This document shows, piece by piece, positions 12,740 to 26,233 of a stretch of 64,000 nt of DNA. The DNA lies in contig NC_058373.1 of assembly GCF_018350175.1 (NCBI RefSeq), forward strand, positions 103,604,001-103,668,000. The letters are read 5' to 3'. Under the pieces are notes generated by a model. That model did no database searches and had not been told where the DNA came from. It worked only from the letters and a program-made list of their open reading frames with translations. The position numbers and the translations under genes are program-made. The stretch comes from Felis catus. Lineage: Eukaryota. Positions within the stretch are counted from its first letter, which is position 1. Every line of letters starts with the position of its first letter.

Positions 12740-12900
12740 AAGCTGTAATTCTCAAACTTGAATGCACCTCAGCATTGCCTGGGAAACCTGGGCCCCAATG
12801 CCAGAGGGTCTTAATGTAGGTAGGTTTGGTCAAGGAATCTTCATTTTAAAAAAGCATTCTGGTGCAGGTTGTAGTAGGACTTAAATTTGAGGAAGCCCTA
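12740..12900. mobile_element. MER5A-like hAT-Charlie fossil
   Basis: ttctcaaacttgaatgcacctcagcattgcctggg...tttgaggaagcccta. Confidence 0.55.
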
Positions 12901-13176
12901 GGGTAAAGGTTTGGGAGAAAGCAAGTATTCAGGAGGTTCTTCCTTCACCCGCCCCCTCCCCCCAAGTCACATTCTCTTTTCTCTTAATCATAACTGTAAG
13001 AGTAACGTTTCCCTTTAGCTTTTTCCAAGGATACATTTATAGGCTTTAATAATTTAATAATAGCTATGGTTTCTATTTAGATACTAGTTTAACATTTGAT
13101 AAGAGTTGGTGATGGAAGTTTGTCACATTCCTGATTTTTATACCAAAGAGCTCCAGCAAAGAATAACAGCATTATA

Positions 13177-13376
13177 GGACTCCTGGGTGATGCAGTTGGT
13201 TAAGAGTCCAACTCTTGACTTTGGCTTGGGTCATGATCTCCCAGTTCATGAATTGAAGCTCCACATCTGACTCTGTGCTATCCGTGCAGAACCTGCTTGG
13301 GATTCTCTCTCCCTCTCTCTCTCTGCCCCTCCCTCACGTGCATGGGCTCTCAAAATAAATGAACTTCAAGAAAAAA
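13177..13376 (+). mobile_element. Can-SINE (older)
   Basis: TSD aataacagcattat. Confidence 0.9.
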
Positions 13377-14039
13377 ATAACAGCATTATGACTTTTTAAT
13401 GGTAAAAAGAAGTTAGAGAAAGTAGGCTATTTTTCTTCATGTTAAATGCAATTCTAAAGGTATTTTTCATGGAGAATAGTGACTTTGAAAATTTGAGTGT
13501 AACTGTGTTTCATCATAACTATAGAAATATCAAAAGCTGATGAAAACAGTTTGGGACTGAAGACATGCTAATCCATTCTGGAGTAAAATTATCCAACATT
13601 CTTGATGGTGGTTATAAAGGGAATGGTTTCTTTAAATTTTTTTAGGCCGTAAACAATTTCTTTAAAAAGTCTTTAAGATACAAAAAATGCCTTTGTTTCC
13701 AAGGTGCTCTTAAATATCTCCAGAATTAAAAGATGTCCCTACGTCATTGACTTAGGTGAGCAGTGTCTAGTATCTCTTTGGGTGCCCTTGTGGGGCTTCC
13801 ATGATGCAACCATTCACTGGCCCTTGGATGCTACTAAGGGCATCTTAGTAGCAAGGATGACAATATGATTCGTCTTATTGTCAACCTCTGTGTGCAGGGC
13901 TTGAATTCGTTTCTTTGTGTGACCAGAGGAGGGAGAGGTGATGGTGTCTTGACAGACTCCTGAAGTGGCTAGGATAATATTTTCAACTTCATAGGAACGA
14001 CAGAAATGAAAACAACTAACCGGAGTATCAGGCAATCTT

Positions 14040-14585
14040 AAGTGCTGCGTAGAGAGGTTAGAACAGGTTCTATGGAGGAGGAAGAGGTGATTAATCTTGA
14101 TGGGGGAGGCTGGGGAAGGATATGTATAAAGAAAGGTGTCACCGAGAAGGTGGCAATTGAATTAGGCCTTGAAGGATTTAGGAGAGAATACTGGGTGAGG
14201 AAATGAGTGATAAGAGGTGCAAAAGAGAACCATTCCAGAGGAACGGTGAGTAGTAAGATTTGACCGAGGTGAGCATAGGTTTCGTAGGATGTAAGCCTTG
14301 TAAAGGGCCCTCGAAGCCAGAGAGGGCTAGCCTGTTGTGCTGAGGAATCTGAACTTCATTTAGTAAACTGAGAGCAGCAACTGAGAAATTTTGGATTAGG
14401 GATATAGTCCAACATTTTTTGGAGGGTGGTATGGTGATAAGTGATTTCAGTATGAAGATGAATTGAAGTAGAAAACTGGTCAAAGCTTTTGCTGTAGTCC
14501 AGGCCAGAGGGTGAAGATCTACATCGTAGCTGGGACAGTAGAAATTAAGAGTATTCAAATTAACATCCATCGAAGGGTAGAAAAT
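14040..14585. mobile_element. L2 relic
   Basis: purine-rich L2 motifs ttgaattaggccttgaagga and tgctgtagtccaggccagag. Confidence 0.55.
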
Positions 14586-15356
14586 GGCCATTAATAGATT
14601 TCTTAATAGATAATAGTAACTCATAAATCATCAACATTGATTTCTTACATTGTACTGTATGTGTTACAATCCCTGTGCTCTGGATACTTAAAATATTAAC
14701 AAATAGGCATTGAATTACTGCATCGTAATTTTAGAAATAATCACTGATGGCAAAGAATCAAAGGGCTATGTAAGTAATATAATAATTTAGTGGTTTGAAG
14801 AAATGTATTATGGTAGTCGGAACTTCCCAAAATAACCTGGAGCAAGAAGTATTTAGCAGTCATTTAAAGATCTCCAACATAATTAATGTAGAGAAGGTAT
14901 TCAAACGCCAGTTTAGGGCAGAATGGTACATGTAATGGAGTGTCCAAGCCTCAGATGTCTGCACATGTTATGTATCATAAAGTTGCATCTTTGTAGACAT
15001 TTTAATACTAAAATCTTGAGGGACAATACAGCATATTACACTATCATTTCACAAGAGTTTTTATATATTTGTAAGTGTGTACAACTTTTAGGAAGGACAA
15101 TAGGCACTTTTTAGAAACGAGAATTCACCTATATTTCCACTGACCAGTTATTAAAAGCTATCAAAGATCATTTGTTCAGTAAGACCTAAGGGAGAAAATA
15201 TCCTTAGACTATTTCATGCTGTTAAATCTCTACAGATTTACAGTTTTATCCAGTCAAATTAATGCAAAACCCCAGTGCAAGCATTTGGATTTTGAAAACT
15301 TTGGAGGAGTGTCATTTTCTAATAGTAATTATTGGTTTTACATTATTTTTTCACAG

Positions 15357-15388
15357 GGGAACTGATCACAGCCGCACATGAGCTTGGA
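15357..15388 (+). CDS. TMEM260: TMEM260 exon 2 (GELITAAHELG), 32 nt
   Basis: ttttttcacag acceptor, GGA|GTAAGT donor; phase fits exons 1 and 3. Confidence 0.95.
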
Positions 15389-16111
15389 GTAAGTATTAGT
15401 TTTATTGTTTAATCAATGCTCTCATTAACAGTTTTAGGAATTAAGAAAGTTTAATTAAGCATGGAGTAAAGTAGATTAATTTATTTTCAAACCCCAGTTT
15501 TTAGTAACTTATAAGTACAGTACGTGACAATTTACTTTAAGTTTTAAATCCAATTAAACTAAATTATAAAGCAAAGCCTTTACTATATATACAGTAGCTG
15601 GCTTATTATCACCCCAAATTTTGTATAAGCTATGGAGAATAAAATAAATCGGGTTAACAGTTTTAATAAGTTTATTATTTAATAAACTTTATTATGGTGC
15701 ATGATCCCTTTAGGCAAGACCTTAGGACTGTCAGCGTGGTGGTAATCCGATAGCAGTGTGGTCTTTCAACTTTCTAACCAATACGGTATTTCAGAACCTG
15801 CTTTTTTCTCAATAGCCTTTTAAATGACCCTAATGCACTGTGAACCCGGAGAACAGGCTGCTTAAGAACTGACAATGAAATATGTCACCCTTTCTGTAGG
15901 TGACACACCATGTGGTAGACACTGCCAAATCCACGAAAGAAAATATTTATTTGTATTGGCACAAAAGGATTACAATAGAAAACCACCATTCAAACATTGA
16001 GTCATTGCCTCTTAATCTCGCTACTTGCCCGAGAAAAAGGCTCCTGTCCAATTAAAGCCAGTGTGACTCTTCAGTGGGTGAAAACCTCCTAACCTGCTGA
16101 TTTTTCCATAG

Positions 16112-16264
<153 letters not shown>

Positions 16265-19200
16265 TAAAGTAGTTGATCAGTTAAAGTTAATCTTGGCTAA
16301 TTGGAGATGTAGCTGTCTTATGGTCTAAGTGCTTACGTTAAAAAAAAAAAAAAGCTTTTGTTGCTTGAATGGTTTTCCTAATCACTCATGTGATTTCACT
16401 TTCTTAATTTCCGGTAATTTCATATGCATTTGACCCCTCAGATGATTACACAGTTGGTCGTGCTTCGTACAATGGAGTAAAGGTGTCACTAGTTCATTAT
16501 CGCAGTTCTCTGGTTAGGCAGAACTAATAAGGTTTGTCATTTTATGAAGATGCAGATGGGCCAGTTTAATTCAACAATATGAAGTTCATCTTTTGGTAAA
16601 TGGTAAATATCATTTAATTACTCACAGTGTTGCTGATGGGCAGCTGCCTGTCAGGGCCCGAGCTAGTACCTAATTATGTTGTATTCTGAATACGCACATG
16701 TTGTCTACGTTTTGAAATGAGGCTGTTAACTAAGGAAATAAATTTGGGATAAGGATTTAGTAAGGTTTCACTTTGTTCCATTATAGCGGTAGGGAAGGGA
16801 GGCAAATTAGACCCCACTTACTTCATGGATAGGCTTTCTTAGTTTGGAAGGCTACCTTGCTTTTAAAAAATGGGTCATTAATTTAGGGTGTTGGTAAACT
16901 TATTTGTCTTTGCTGTTCCTGTCTCCTTCATTCTTAACTCAGTCTAACCTATGCCTAAGGAGATTATAGTAAAAAATACAATGATACTTCCTGCAAAGGG
17001 AGAGCCAAATTAAAACACTTCTTTCAAAAACTACTGTAGTTTTTAGTATAACAATAAATTTTTGTCTGTAAATATAGTGTAATTTGAATAGACAGTTTCA
17101 AATGCCATTTTTGGAGACTAATGTTTTTATTTGCATTAGTCGTAATATTGCCCTTTGGCTAAATTCTTCCTAAGTTTCCTTTTTCATTATTTACAGAAAG
17201 GTAAAAGTTAACATAATTATGACTCTAAAGCTTACTTTTAAATTTATTTGTGGAAAGATTTCAGATTCAAATGTTGTGACTATTGATCATTTACTAAATT
17301 TTTATCTATATTATTTAATTCATTTTTATTTCAGTCTTACAGGTTTTCGGTGATAGCCAAATCTTTAAGTATGAAATGTTGAAAGTAACATCTCTGCTTG
17401 AATTGATTAGTATTACGAATACTTTCTTTTTCTAAATGATTAGAATAATCTTCTTTAGAATTCTTTCTCCTGAGTCTTTTATAATTAAGAATCTGTCATT
17501 ATATCTATTCAGACAAAAAAACTGATCTTTTTAATTTTTAAATATCTAGGTTGAAATACAGAACTTACTTGTACTGTAGTGAGTGTACAAATTAATAATT
17601 TTCATAAGACATTTAAGACAAAAGCACATAAAGAAAATTAATAGTTGTATTTATTTTGTTAGTTCATCTGTATTTTATTTATTTTATTTTATTTTTCATT
17701 CTTTACCTGTATTTTAGAAGGTATTTCTATAACATGTGTATTTAAATGCTATAAATGTGGCTATAAAAAACTCTTATGCAAATAAAGTGATCTGGTTTCT
17801 AAAACTTTTTCATGCTGTTCACTATATTAATTGGTGATACCATTCCCCATGAAAACCACTGTAAAAATCGTACATAGAAGTCTTTATCTTTACTGAATCC
17901 AAATAGCTTTGGACGATAATTTTCCTTTGAGTTGTCCACATTTTAAAATACCTTTTATTATTATGCTTGATTATAATGGGTTTTAGATTAGCACACTTAA
18001 CCTGTGACCCTTTTCTTTTAATACAGTCTTAATGATAAATTTGTATATTTGCTGACAGATACTTTAAATCAAAAACTCTTAATATGACTAAACTGGATAT
18101 TTGAGTGGTTTTAGTAATGTTTTAGTAATACTGTACTTGGGAAAGTTGCTTTCTTTCAGAAAAGGGATCTAACGATATTATCTCTTACATACATTTTAAT
18201 ATGAAAATACTTCATTATTTTGAGTACAAATAATTGACAAGGTACACGTCCTTTGGGAACAACCTAGTTCAAGTGGCAAATCTGTTTTGTCAAACAATAG
18301 ACACCCTTCAGGAAAGAGCAAGCCATCTCTATGGTAATAGGACTAACAGTAGCCTATTGATTGAGTGGAAGAAGACATTATACAATGTCAGCTGGCTTGT
18401 TACAATTTCATTTGTTGTATGACCTGAACTTAACCTTTAAAACCTTTCTTCTGTGAATATAAACCCAACAGCAGGACACAGTTTTTGTACAGCCATTACA
18501 GTGACAGCTTTTTTCCCAGTATCAGCGTATAGTAAATGTATTCCTTTACAGGTTGACTCCTTTTATCAGAATTTGTTGAGGGGACATTTTACTACTTTAT
18601 TCATTTACAGGCCAAATCATCATTCCGTTTCGTTGTTGAATATTGAAGGGTTTTGATCTAGGAAACAGTTTTATTCTTTCTTTCCCCCATCGCTTAAGAG
18701 AACATTACTGTACATGTAGGATTAGTGCTGACTGGTGTGCAGTAAATTAATTCTTTTAACAGGTTTAGATTTTTTTCAGGTAATTGTTCACATAGCATTC
18801 ACTATATTTAGCTCTTGGGGTGGACATAAAGACCTTCTGTACCTTTTAAACAAAGATTGCATTTTAAAAGCAAATTTCTGTTTAAATGTGTTGATGTAAA
18901 AAGCTGCGCTTTTTTCCGTAAACATGACTTAGGTTGAAAGAACAATTTATTCGTTGTTTCCAATTACGATGTAATTTTTGCTTTCCTTGTGTCTTTCTCT
19001 TGCTTTTAAAAGCCATAAGATGTCATTAACACTGCATTTTTTGTCAATCTTTCCTAATGGTTGACAAGAACTCATGTCTGTGTGCTTTGCCTTAATGTAG
19101 AAAGCATATGAGGAAAACAGCACGTGGAAAGCTGTATGTGTCATTGTAGTTTATTGAATTAAAAATAGTAAGATTGTGGCAGTTGTTTCTGTATGTATTT

Positions 19201-22200
19201 ATTTATGTATTGTCCCCTTCAGGGGTATTTTTAAGCATTCATTATGTTAAGAGAGTTTAATGCATTTCATTTATATGAAGTAGTATTCATTTTATTAATA
19301 TGTACATCTGTGTTTTTAAGACTACGGCACGCAGTCAGTGATTCGTAGAAACTGGGATTTTCTCTTTTAAGGCCATTAAAGCAAATGATTTTTAAGTTTA
19401 ATGGCACAATATTTAAAGTGTCATATTCGAAATTCACAAATCCTATTAATACAAAATTTAAGAAGTTATAGGTCTTGTAAATCATGAATATGAACATGCC
19501 TTAGCATTGCTTACTACTTGAATTCCAAACTTATTTCCTAATAAGTGTCACACTCGGTCCTGTGTACTTAATAAGGAAGGAGCGCTGAAATCACGGTCAC
19601 TAAACGTCAACATGCTTACGTCTCATATGTTCTGGTATCCCTAAAAGAAGATGGAGTATGTTGATAGCATTGTTAAAAATTCTTTACCTCAGGGAAGATT
19701 TAAATTGCCTATGATCTCAGATGAGGGTGGATCTTGTATCGTTTATTTTGGGAGTTACAGGGCAGGAAATATATTCTCAATAGGTTTGAGAGTCAGCATA
19801 TCCTTCCCAAACTATTATGGACCAAGTGGAACTCTAGAAGAATTCATTCAACAGTGTTTGTTGAGGACGAATGTGGCTCGAAAGTAAAACTATTTTAGTT
19901 TTTATAATCAAAATTCAGTGCTTATCTTAAAGGAATTAAGACAAAGTCGCTAACCATTAAACAGGTTTTCAATTTTTTTTTCTAGGAACTACTGTTTTAG
20001 GACACTTGCATAAAAAAAACTTTCTAACACTGTTAACACTGTACAGGAAGAAATCAGATCTCTTGATGTCAACCACGTTAGCTAGAATATATGAGTACAA
20101 ATAATAATTAAAGGTGTATTGAAACTCTGCCTACTTGCTGCAAAGAACTTAACCAGTTTCAGTGATATTTAAATATCTTCCGGCAGGTTGTTTTGTGCCA
20201 GTATTTTATTTGTGGGGTATCTTGTTTTGTATAAGCAATATAATTCTAAACATTATGCTGCTGCTAAAAATTAATTTGCTTAAACTTTTAGAAGAGGAAT
20301 ACTTGATTCTGAGCCCTGTGTCTGCGACTCTTGCAGCTTCAGCTAAGACTCCATTCAATAAAGAATAGAAAATTAAAATGCCATACCTTAGAGAATGTAG
20401 AATCTCCTGCTTAAGGGACATTTGGATTTTCCAGCTCAGAGAGTATTTTAGATTATTGCCATAGAGAATAATGTGAAGCTCTTCCTAATTTCAGAGGTAA
20501 CTATGCATAAGTAACAAATAGGCCCCAAGTTTTTGTAGTTGAAGAAGAATGGAAAGTACTGGAGCATTAATTTCCATTCAGGAGAATATCTGTCTTGATC
20601 CCTGGTTAATTGATCATATATTTCTCTCATACTTGCATTAAAATTGCATTGACTCAGACTGGTTAAGCATATTAAGAGCTTGGTTCATTTGCATTTTCTT
20701 ATAAGTAGAGGGACATATTAGGCTCAAATAGCAGCACTTCATTTTGAAGGGGAAAAAAGCAGGGCAAAAACTCTTTTTTAAGACTGTAGAGTCTTTTCTG
20801 ACAGCTAGTCAGAGTTAGAATTAGTTCAAGGAAATGTTAATAATGCACTGGCTGGCCTAATCCCTTTGATATCACCAGGTATCCTCCTGTTCATGGGTTA
20901 ATTGCTTTAAAAGCGAAGGCAATATTCTGAGCGGTGGGCCGCTTCACCTTTTCACAGCTGTTACCATTGAGTGACAACTAAATCCCATGTGTAAGATGAG
21001 GAAGAGCTCAATCTCCAATTGGGAGAAAATTTATGTAAACCACAATCCCTTCAGAATGTGCGGAAGTCATAGACTTTCTTGATTTACTCTGCTTTTCCCA
21101 GAAAGCTCTATTGTTCACTTTCCTAAGTCCCATCAACCCTTTGTAGCAGAATATCACAGCGGCAGCAGATAGCTTGAAATATATAAATGCTATCATAGCT
21201 CTGATTAATAGCAGTGCTTATGAGTCAAGTCTGATAACAGTGCAGCTCTCCACTCAATTTCAGATACTGCTAATGGAATCTGTCTTCTCCAATTGTAATA
21301 TGAGAAGGCCTAATTTGCCATGGAGCTTGGAGCTGTCACCAGTAGGGGATTGTGGGGTCAGATGGGAGCTGCCAGGTTTTTGCCCTGCAGCTTGTATCTC
21401 TCACTTTGAATAGAGCAGCCCCCTGCCTGCCAGTTAGCTGATAGGCCGCTGTGGGGTTTATGCCACTATATACAATAGGAAAGGGCTACATAGGCTGACT
21501 TTATAATTGTGAAGCTAGCTCATATTTCCACAGCTACTGTGCTGCATAATTTCTAATAAGTGGTTTTAACAAATGTCAGATTATGAAAAGTTTCCTCAAT
21601 TACAAAAACTTATAAAACATTCAAATTGCTAAATCTGTTTCCTGCCGAGATTTTGCCACTGGAACTAGTCATCAGTCATTAGGGCTGTAATCATAAATGC
21701 ATATATTTCTTAAAATTACAAATGAAATTATAGATCATAACTCGTATAGATTTGCTACTTCTCAAAGCCATAAAAACAAAGCAGTCTGAAGGAATGGAAG
21801 TATTAAGAGATGCTTCATAACTTTGCATAATGAAACTACTTAACATTAAATCTCTATTGTTTATTGAGTTGGTTAGTGTTGCTGGTGAAAACAGTTTAAT
21901 ACGCTCATTCTGCTGAGTTGAGTTATTTGGATCTTTCAAGTTTCCTTCGTACACGTTTCGTATCTTAATTGTTGAAAAAAGAATGCAGCATGTTCTAAGT
22001 TTTGGGTTTAAAGGCACTTAGCGTGATGCCGTGTCATGGCCAAGGCCTCTGAGAACAGTTGGCTGGAGTACACTTTTTAACCATCCAGGTTTGCTACTGA
22101 ACACAAAATACGCCATCAAGCTTGGGTAATAGGCTGTTTGGGGGTCTTCTGTGTTTTTAAACATTTCAGACAAAATGTGATGAAAATTTGTAATTTGGGG

Positions 22201-24954
22201 GTTATTTTGAAGTTGGTTGCTTTCAAGAAATCGTGCCTCCCACTGTGCAAATTATTTGGCCCACCATGAAAACTTAGTTAAAAAGTGAAGCGTACGATGG
22301 TGATTCCTAGAAAGCCCAGTTCAGTGTTTTTTCCTTCAGACATTTAGGTGTAAGTTGATGAGCTATAATAAAAGGAATTGTTCTAAACCTTGAGTAACTT
22401 TATTATTTAGTGGTTAATGCATAAATCTGAATTTTAATGGGAATTGTGTGATTATACTTTATGGAAGATATTCATAATCTTACTCCTTCCATTTCAGTTG
22501 AGTGTTTTTGAGGACTTTACAGTTTTCCCCCCAATGTTATTTAGTGGCTTAAAATCAGGAGTAATACTTCATACTTTCCCTTTTAGCATACTTTTAGTAG
22601 TTGATACTTATGTAACTGAAAATTCAGGCTAGAACCAGTTTTCCTTTTGATTGAATCTCATGAAATGGAACAAACCTTGGTAGGATTTTATCTGGAGCGA
22701 AAGTAAATTTTTATCAAATGTGGAAAAAGGGATTGTTTGCGAAGTTATTAAAGGTGGAAGTATTTTACATTTTTTTAGAGGCAGTGGTGGTGGCTTCCAA
22801 CATGTAACTTTATTTTTTTAATTAATTAATTTATCTTCCATGACGTAACTTTCATATACCCTGCCCTCAATGATTGGTTTATGTTAATTAGGTCCAGACT
22901 GGCCACTGACTGTAATTTGCCCACCGAGTATTGGAGCATATGAGATGCTCAGTGTGTATTTGTTATAACTGGGGGTGAGTGAACGACCATGGAAAGAGAG
23001 GTTCAGCAGTAGCTGGCTTCCCAGTTTGACCTTTTTCCAGGTGCACTGAAGAGATACATAGATAAGTGTTGATTATGTGATTGAGCCAGAAGTAACATTT
23101 ATATAGTTTTCGTGAACGAGAAGGATAAGAACTTGGGAGGGTAGGGTGGTAGATTTGCTGTTCGTTGTGTCCTGCTTTACCTTACTTCTTCCCTGTAAGC
23201 CATTACGTGTTTTTAGTTGTCAGTAAGAGTCGACGCTAATAGTAAATACTTAACAATAATTCTGAAATGCTGCATTGTGGCCTGCCTGCTCGGCCCTGCT
23301 TACTTCAAGCAGGAGTTTGCAGCGTAGAAGGGAGCGTCGGGTACCTTCCATGTTGGGTCCTTTGCATGCAAGTAACACTGAAGACAAATACATTCATGAA
23401 TTTTATGAGGCACGTCAAATGTGTGTTCTGAAAGAATCTCAGGTTTCTGTTATTTGCCTTTTGATTGTGGGTTAGACAAACATGTGACTACACATGAAAA
23501 TCAAATACCACGTAGTAGAAAGAAAAATATACCTTATCATCAATAGCAAACCTGTGTCAATGGTGTAAATTGTAACCTCCTGATTTATCCATTGTGTCAA
23601 CAGATGAAGAGTATTCCATCAGTGAGAAAACTCCTGCACAATCAGTACCTTTCCTAGGAATCTTATCTAGGTCTCATGGATTTTGTGGACCAAAAAGAAG
23701 GCACTTGTCTATTAACCATAGAATTCTGAGCTTCACATTTGTTAGGACGATCTTAATCCTTACCCCATATTCTGTACCCCAGTGGAGAATCTTGTTATTT
23801 GCATTATCTGGATGAAATTTTAAATACTTGACCACCCTTCCCATACTGTCTATCATACTCTTGGCACATCTTTCTTTATTGACTAACCACTGTACTTTAC
23901 TAGAATGTGAACTGCGTGACATTAAGTGTTAACCCAAGCACAAAGCAATTTGGAAGATTTATTTACTGCAAATATACTGGAAAATATATTTTACATGTAA
24001 CATAAAAATATGTTTATATAAAATAAAACATACTTCAGTGACTTTTAGATTATTGGATGTTTTGAATCATCTATATCATTGCTTTACTCTATTAGTATGA
24101 GCCCTTAAATTCAACATCCCTCTCTCAAAGTGTAACAACTTGGATTTTGATTGTTAGTACTGACATGTGACTATCTTTTACAATATAGCGGTTGTGTTAT
24201 TAAAATGATCACAGTAATGGTGTTTTAAGTAAGCGATTATTTCTTCATACGGCTTCATAACATGTTATCTTTCTATAAGTCAGGTTAGATTCTAAAAATA
24301 CGTATTTCAGTTGAAGAAATGTGTTTTCTGACCTCCTTCTATGAGGCTCTGTGAGAATCTAAATGAGAATGGAAAACATTTTTTCTCATATCATAAGGTG
24401 TCCTTAAATTAAAATGGAAAATAGTTTAGACTGTTTTGCAATTTATTCTTGAGTTCTGGTGAAGAGACTTCTTATTTTATTCACCACCTCATTTGAATTT
24501 CTCTTTTTCTTTTTTATTGAAGCAGTTTCATCAATGTCAGTAGATAAATGTGCCTCTTTTTAGTGAGCTCATTTTAAGATGCCATTTTAATGCATTAAGT
24601 ATATATAAATAAATTTACTAACTCCTTAGTTGCTTTGTAAAAAAAATGGTTAAGCATATTTATTCAAAAGAATAAAATGAAAATGGAAAGTAGGACTCTG
24701 GGATTGCTGAGTGAAAACACAATGGTGTTTTTAATTATGTCATTTTAATTTGAAAAAAAAAAAATCCTCAGACTACATCTATGGGTAGATGAGTTGTTTT
24801 ACCTTATTTTGGATTTCCATCTATTTATAGTCCATCTGTACATTTGACTTTATGGATTGATACCAAACAGCTCATTTTGTGGACCCAGAACAACAATTTT
24901 AGTTAAATCTCATGCTTAAGTAATAATGTCAGATTGGAAATTTCTTCCATATAT

Positions 24955-25401
24955 TTTTTTTCTATTTTTTTTTTTTATTTTATTTAAAATTTTTTTTTTC
25001 AACGTTTATTTATTTTTGGGACAGAGAGAGACAGAGCATGAACGGGCGAGGGGCAGAGAGAGAGGGAGACACAGAATCGGAAACAGGCTCCAGGCTCTGA
25101 GCCATCAGCCCAGAGCCCGACGCGGGGCTCGAACTCACGGACCGCGAGATCATGACCTGGCTGAAGTCGGACGCTTAACCGACTGCGCCACCCAGGCGCC
25201 CCTTTTTTTTTATTTTAGAGAGAGAGAGAGGGGGGATGAGTGGGGGAGATGACAGAGGGAGAGAGGGAGAGAATCCCAAGCAGGCTCTATCTGTGCTCAG
25301 CACTGAGCCATGGCGGGGCTCAATCCCATGATTCTGGATCATGACCTGAGCCAAAATCAGGAGTCCTACACTTCGGCTGACTGAGCCACTCAGGCAGCCC
25401 T
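24955..25401 (-). mobile_element. young SINEC_Fc (~24980-25203) inserted in the tail of an older Can-SINE (~25204-25401)
   Basis: two same-orientation bodies; outer TSD cttc..tatattttt. Confidence 0.9.
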
Positions 25402-25617
25402 CCTTCTGTATATTTTTAAAAGAAAGATTACTTAGCCAGAAGTTTAGACTACTAATTCACTTAACAGTATTGTATTCCGTAAGGTGTATGAATAGTGTTT
25501 CCTTTTACTTACATAATTTAATTCTGCCCTCCCACCCCAAACTATAAATATATATATGTAGCCTTTTGAGGGAAAAAAAATTGCGGAATATGTGTTCTGG
25601 TTAGAATTATTCCTCAA

Positions 25618-25833
25618 GGGGTGCCTGGGTGGCCCAGTCAGTTGAGCATTGGACTCTTGATTTCAGCCCAGGTCAATCCTGGGGTCGTGGGATCCAGCCC
25701 CGCGTTGGGGCTCCATGCTGAGCAGGGAGCTAAGATTCTCTTTTTCTCTCTCCCTCTGCCCCTCTCTCCAACGTGTTCTCTCTCCCCCTGTCTAAAAAAA
25801 TTGTTTTTAATGAATAAATAAATAGATAAAAAA
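25618..25833 (+). mobile_element. Can-SINE (older)
   Basis: head, CT tract, A-rich tail; TSD-like ttattcc.caa. Confidence 0.88.
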
Positions 25834-26008
25834 TAGTTATTCCCCAAAAGAGATTACAGCTAACTTGCCTAATCATTTACTCCGGGCACCCTTCGTTCAG
25901 AGGGATCATCTTTGTCCAGGCTCATAAAATAACAAAGACCCCAGGAATCAGAATAGATGATGGCTTAGTTGGAGGTTGTAGGTATTCTGTACTCTCATAC
26001 AAAAATAC

Positions 26009-26233
26009 TTTTTTATTTATTTTATTTTTTTTTAATTTTTTAAATGTTTATTCATTCTTGAGCGACAGACAGAATGTGAGGGGCAGAGAGAGAGAGGAGA
26101 CACAGAATCCAAAGCAGGCTCCAGGCTCTGAGCTGTCAGCACAGAGCCCAACGCAGAGCTTGAACCACAAACTATGAGATCACGACCTGAGCTGAAGTCG
26201 GATGCTTAACCGACTGAGCCACCCAGGTGCCCT
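26009..26233 (-). mobile_element. Can-SINE
   Basis: TSD caaaaatac.tttt. Confidence 0.9.

Noticed and set aside
13829..13853. Perfect 10-bp hairpin TGCTACTAAG-ggcat-CTTAGTAGCA
   Set aside because: Isolated short stem, too short for a miRNA precursor. One such stem in 64 kb is plausible by chance.
14178..14624. 148-aa minus-strand ORF (likewise 43971..44459 and 58720..59181)
   Set aside because: They overlap L2/MER5/microsatellite relics, with no recognisable domain or splice structure.
20876..20890. GTATCCT resembling a U12 5' splice site, and TCCTAAC before exon 3
   Set aside because: Not at a real exon boundary and imperfect. All 12 real donors are U2-type GTR.
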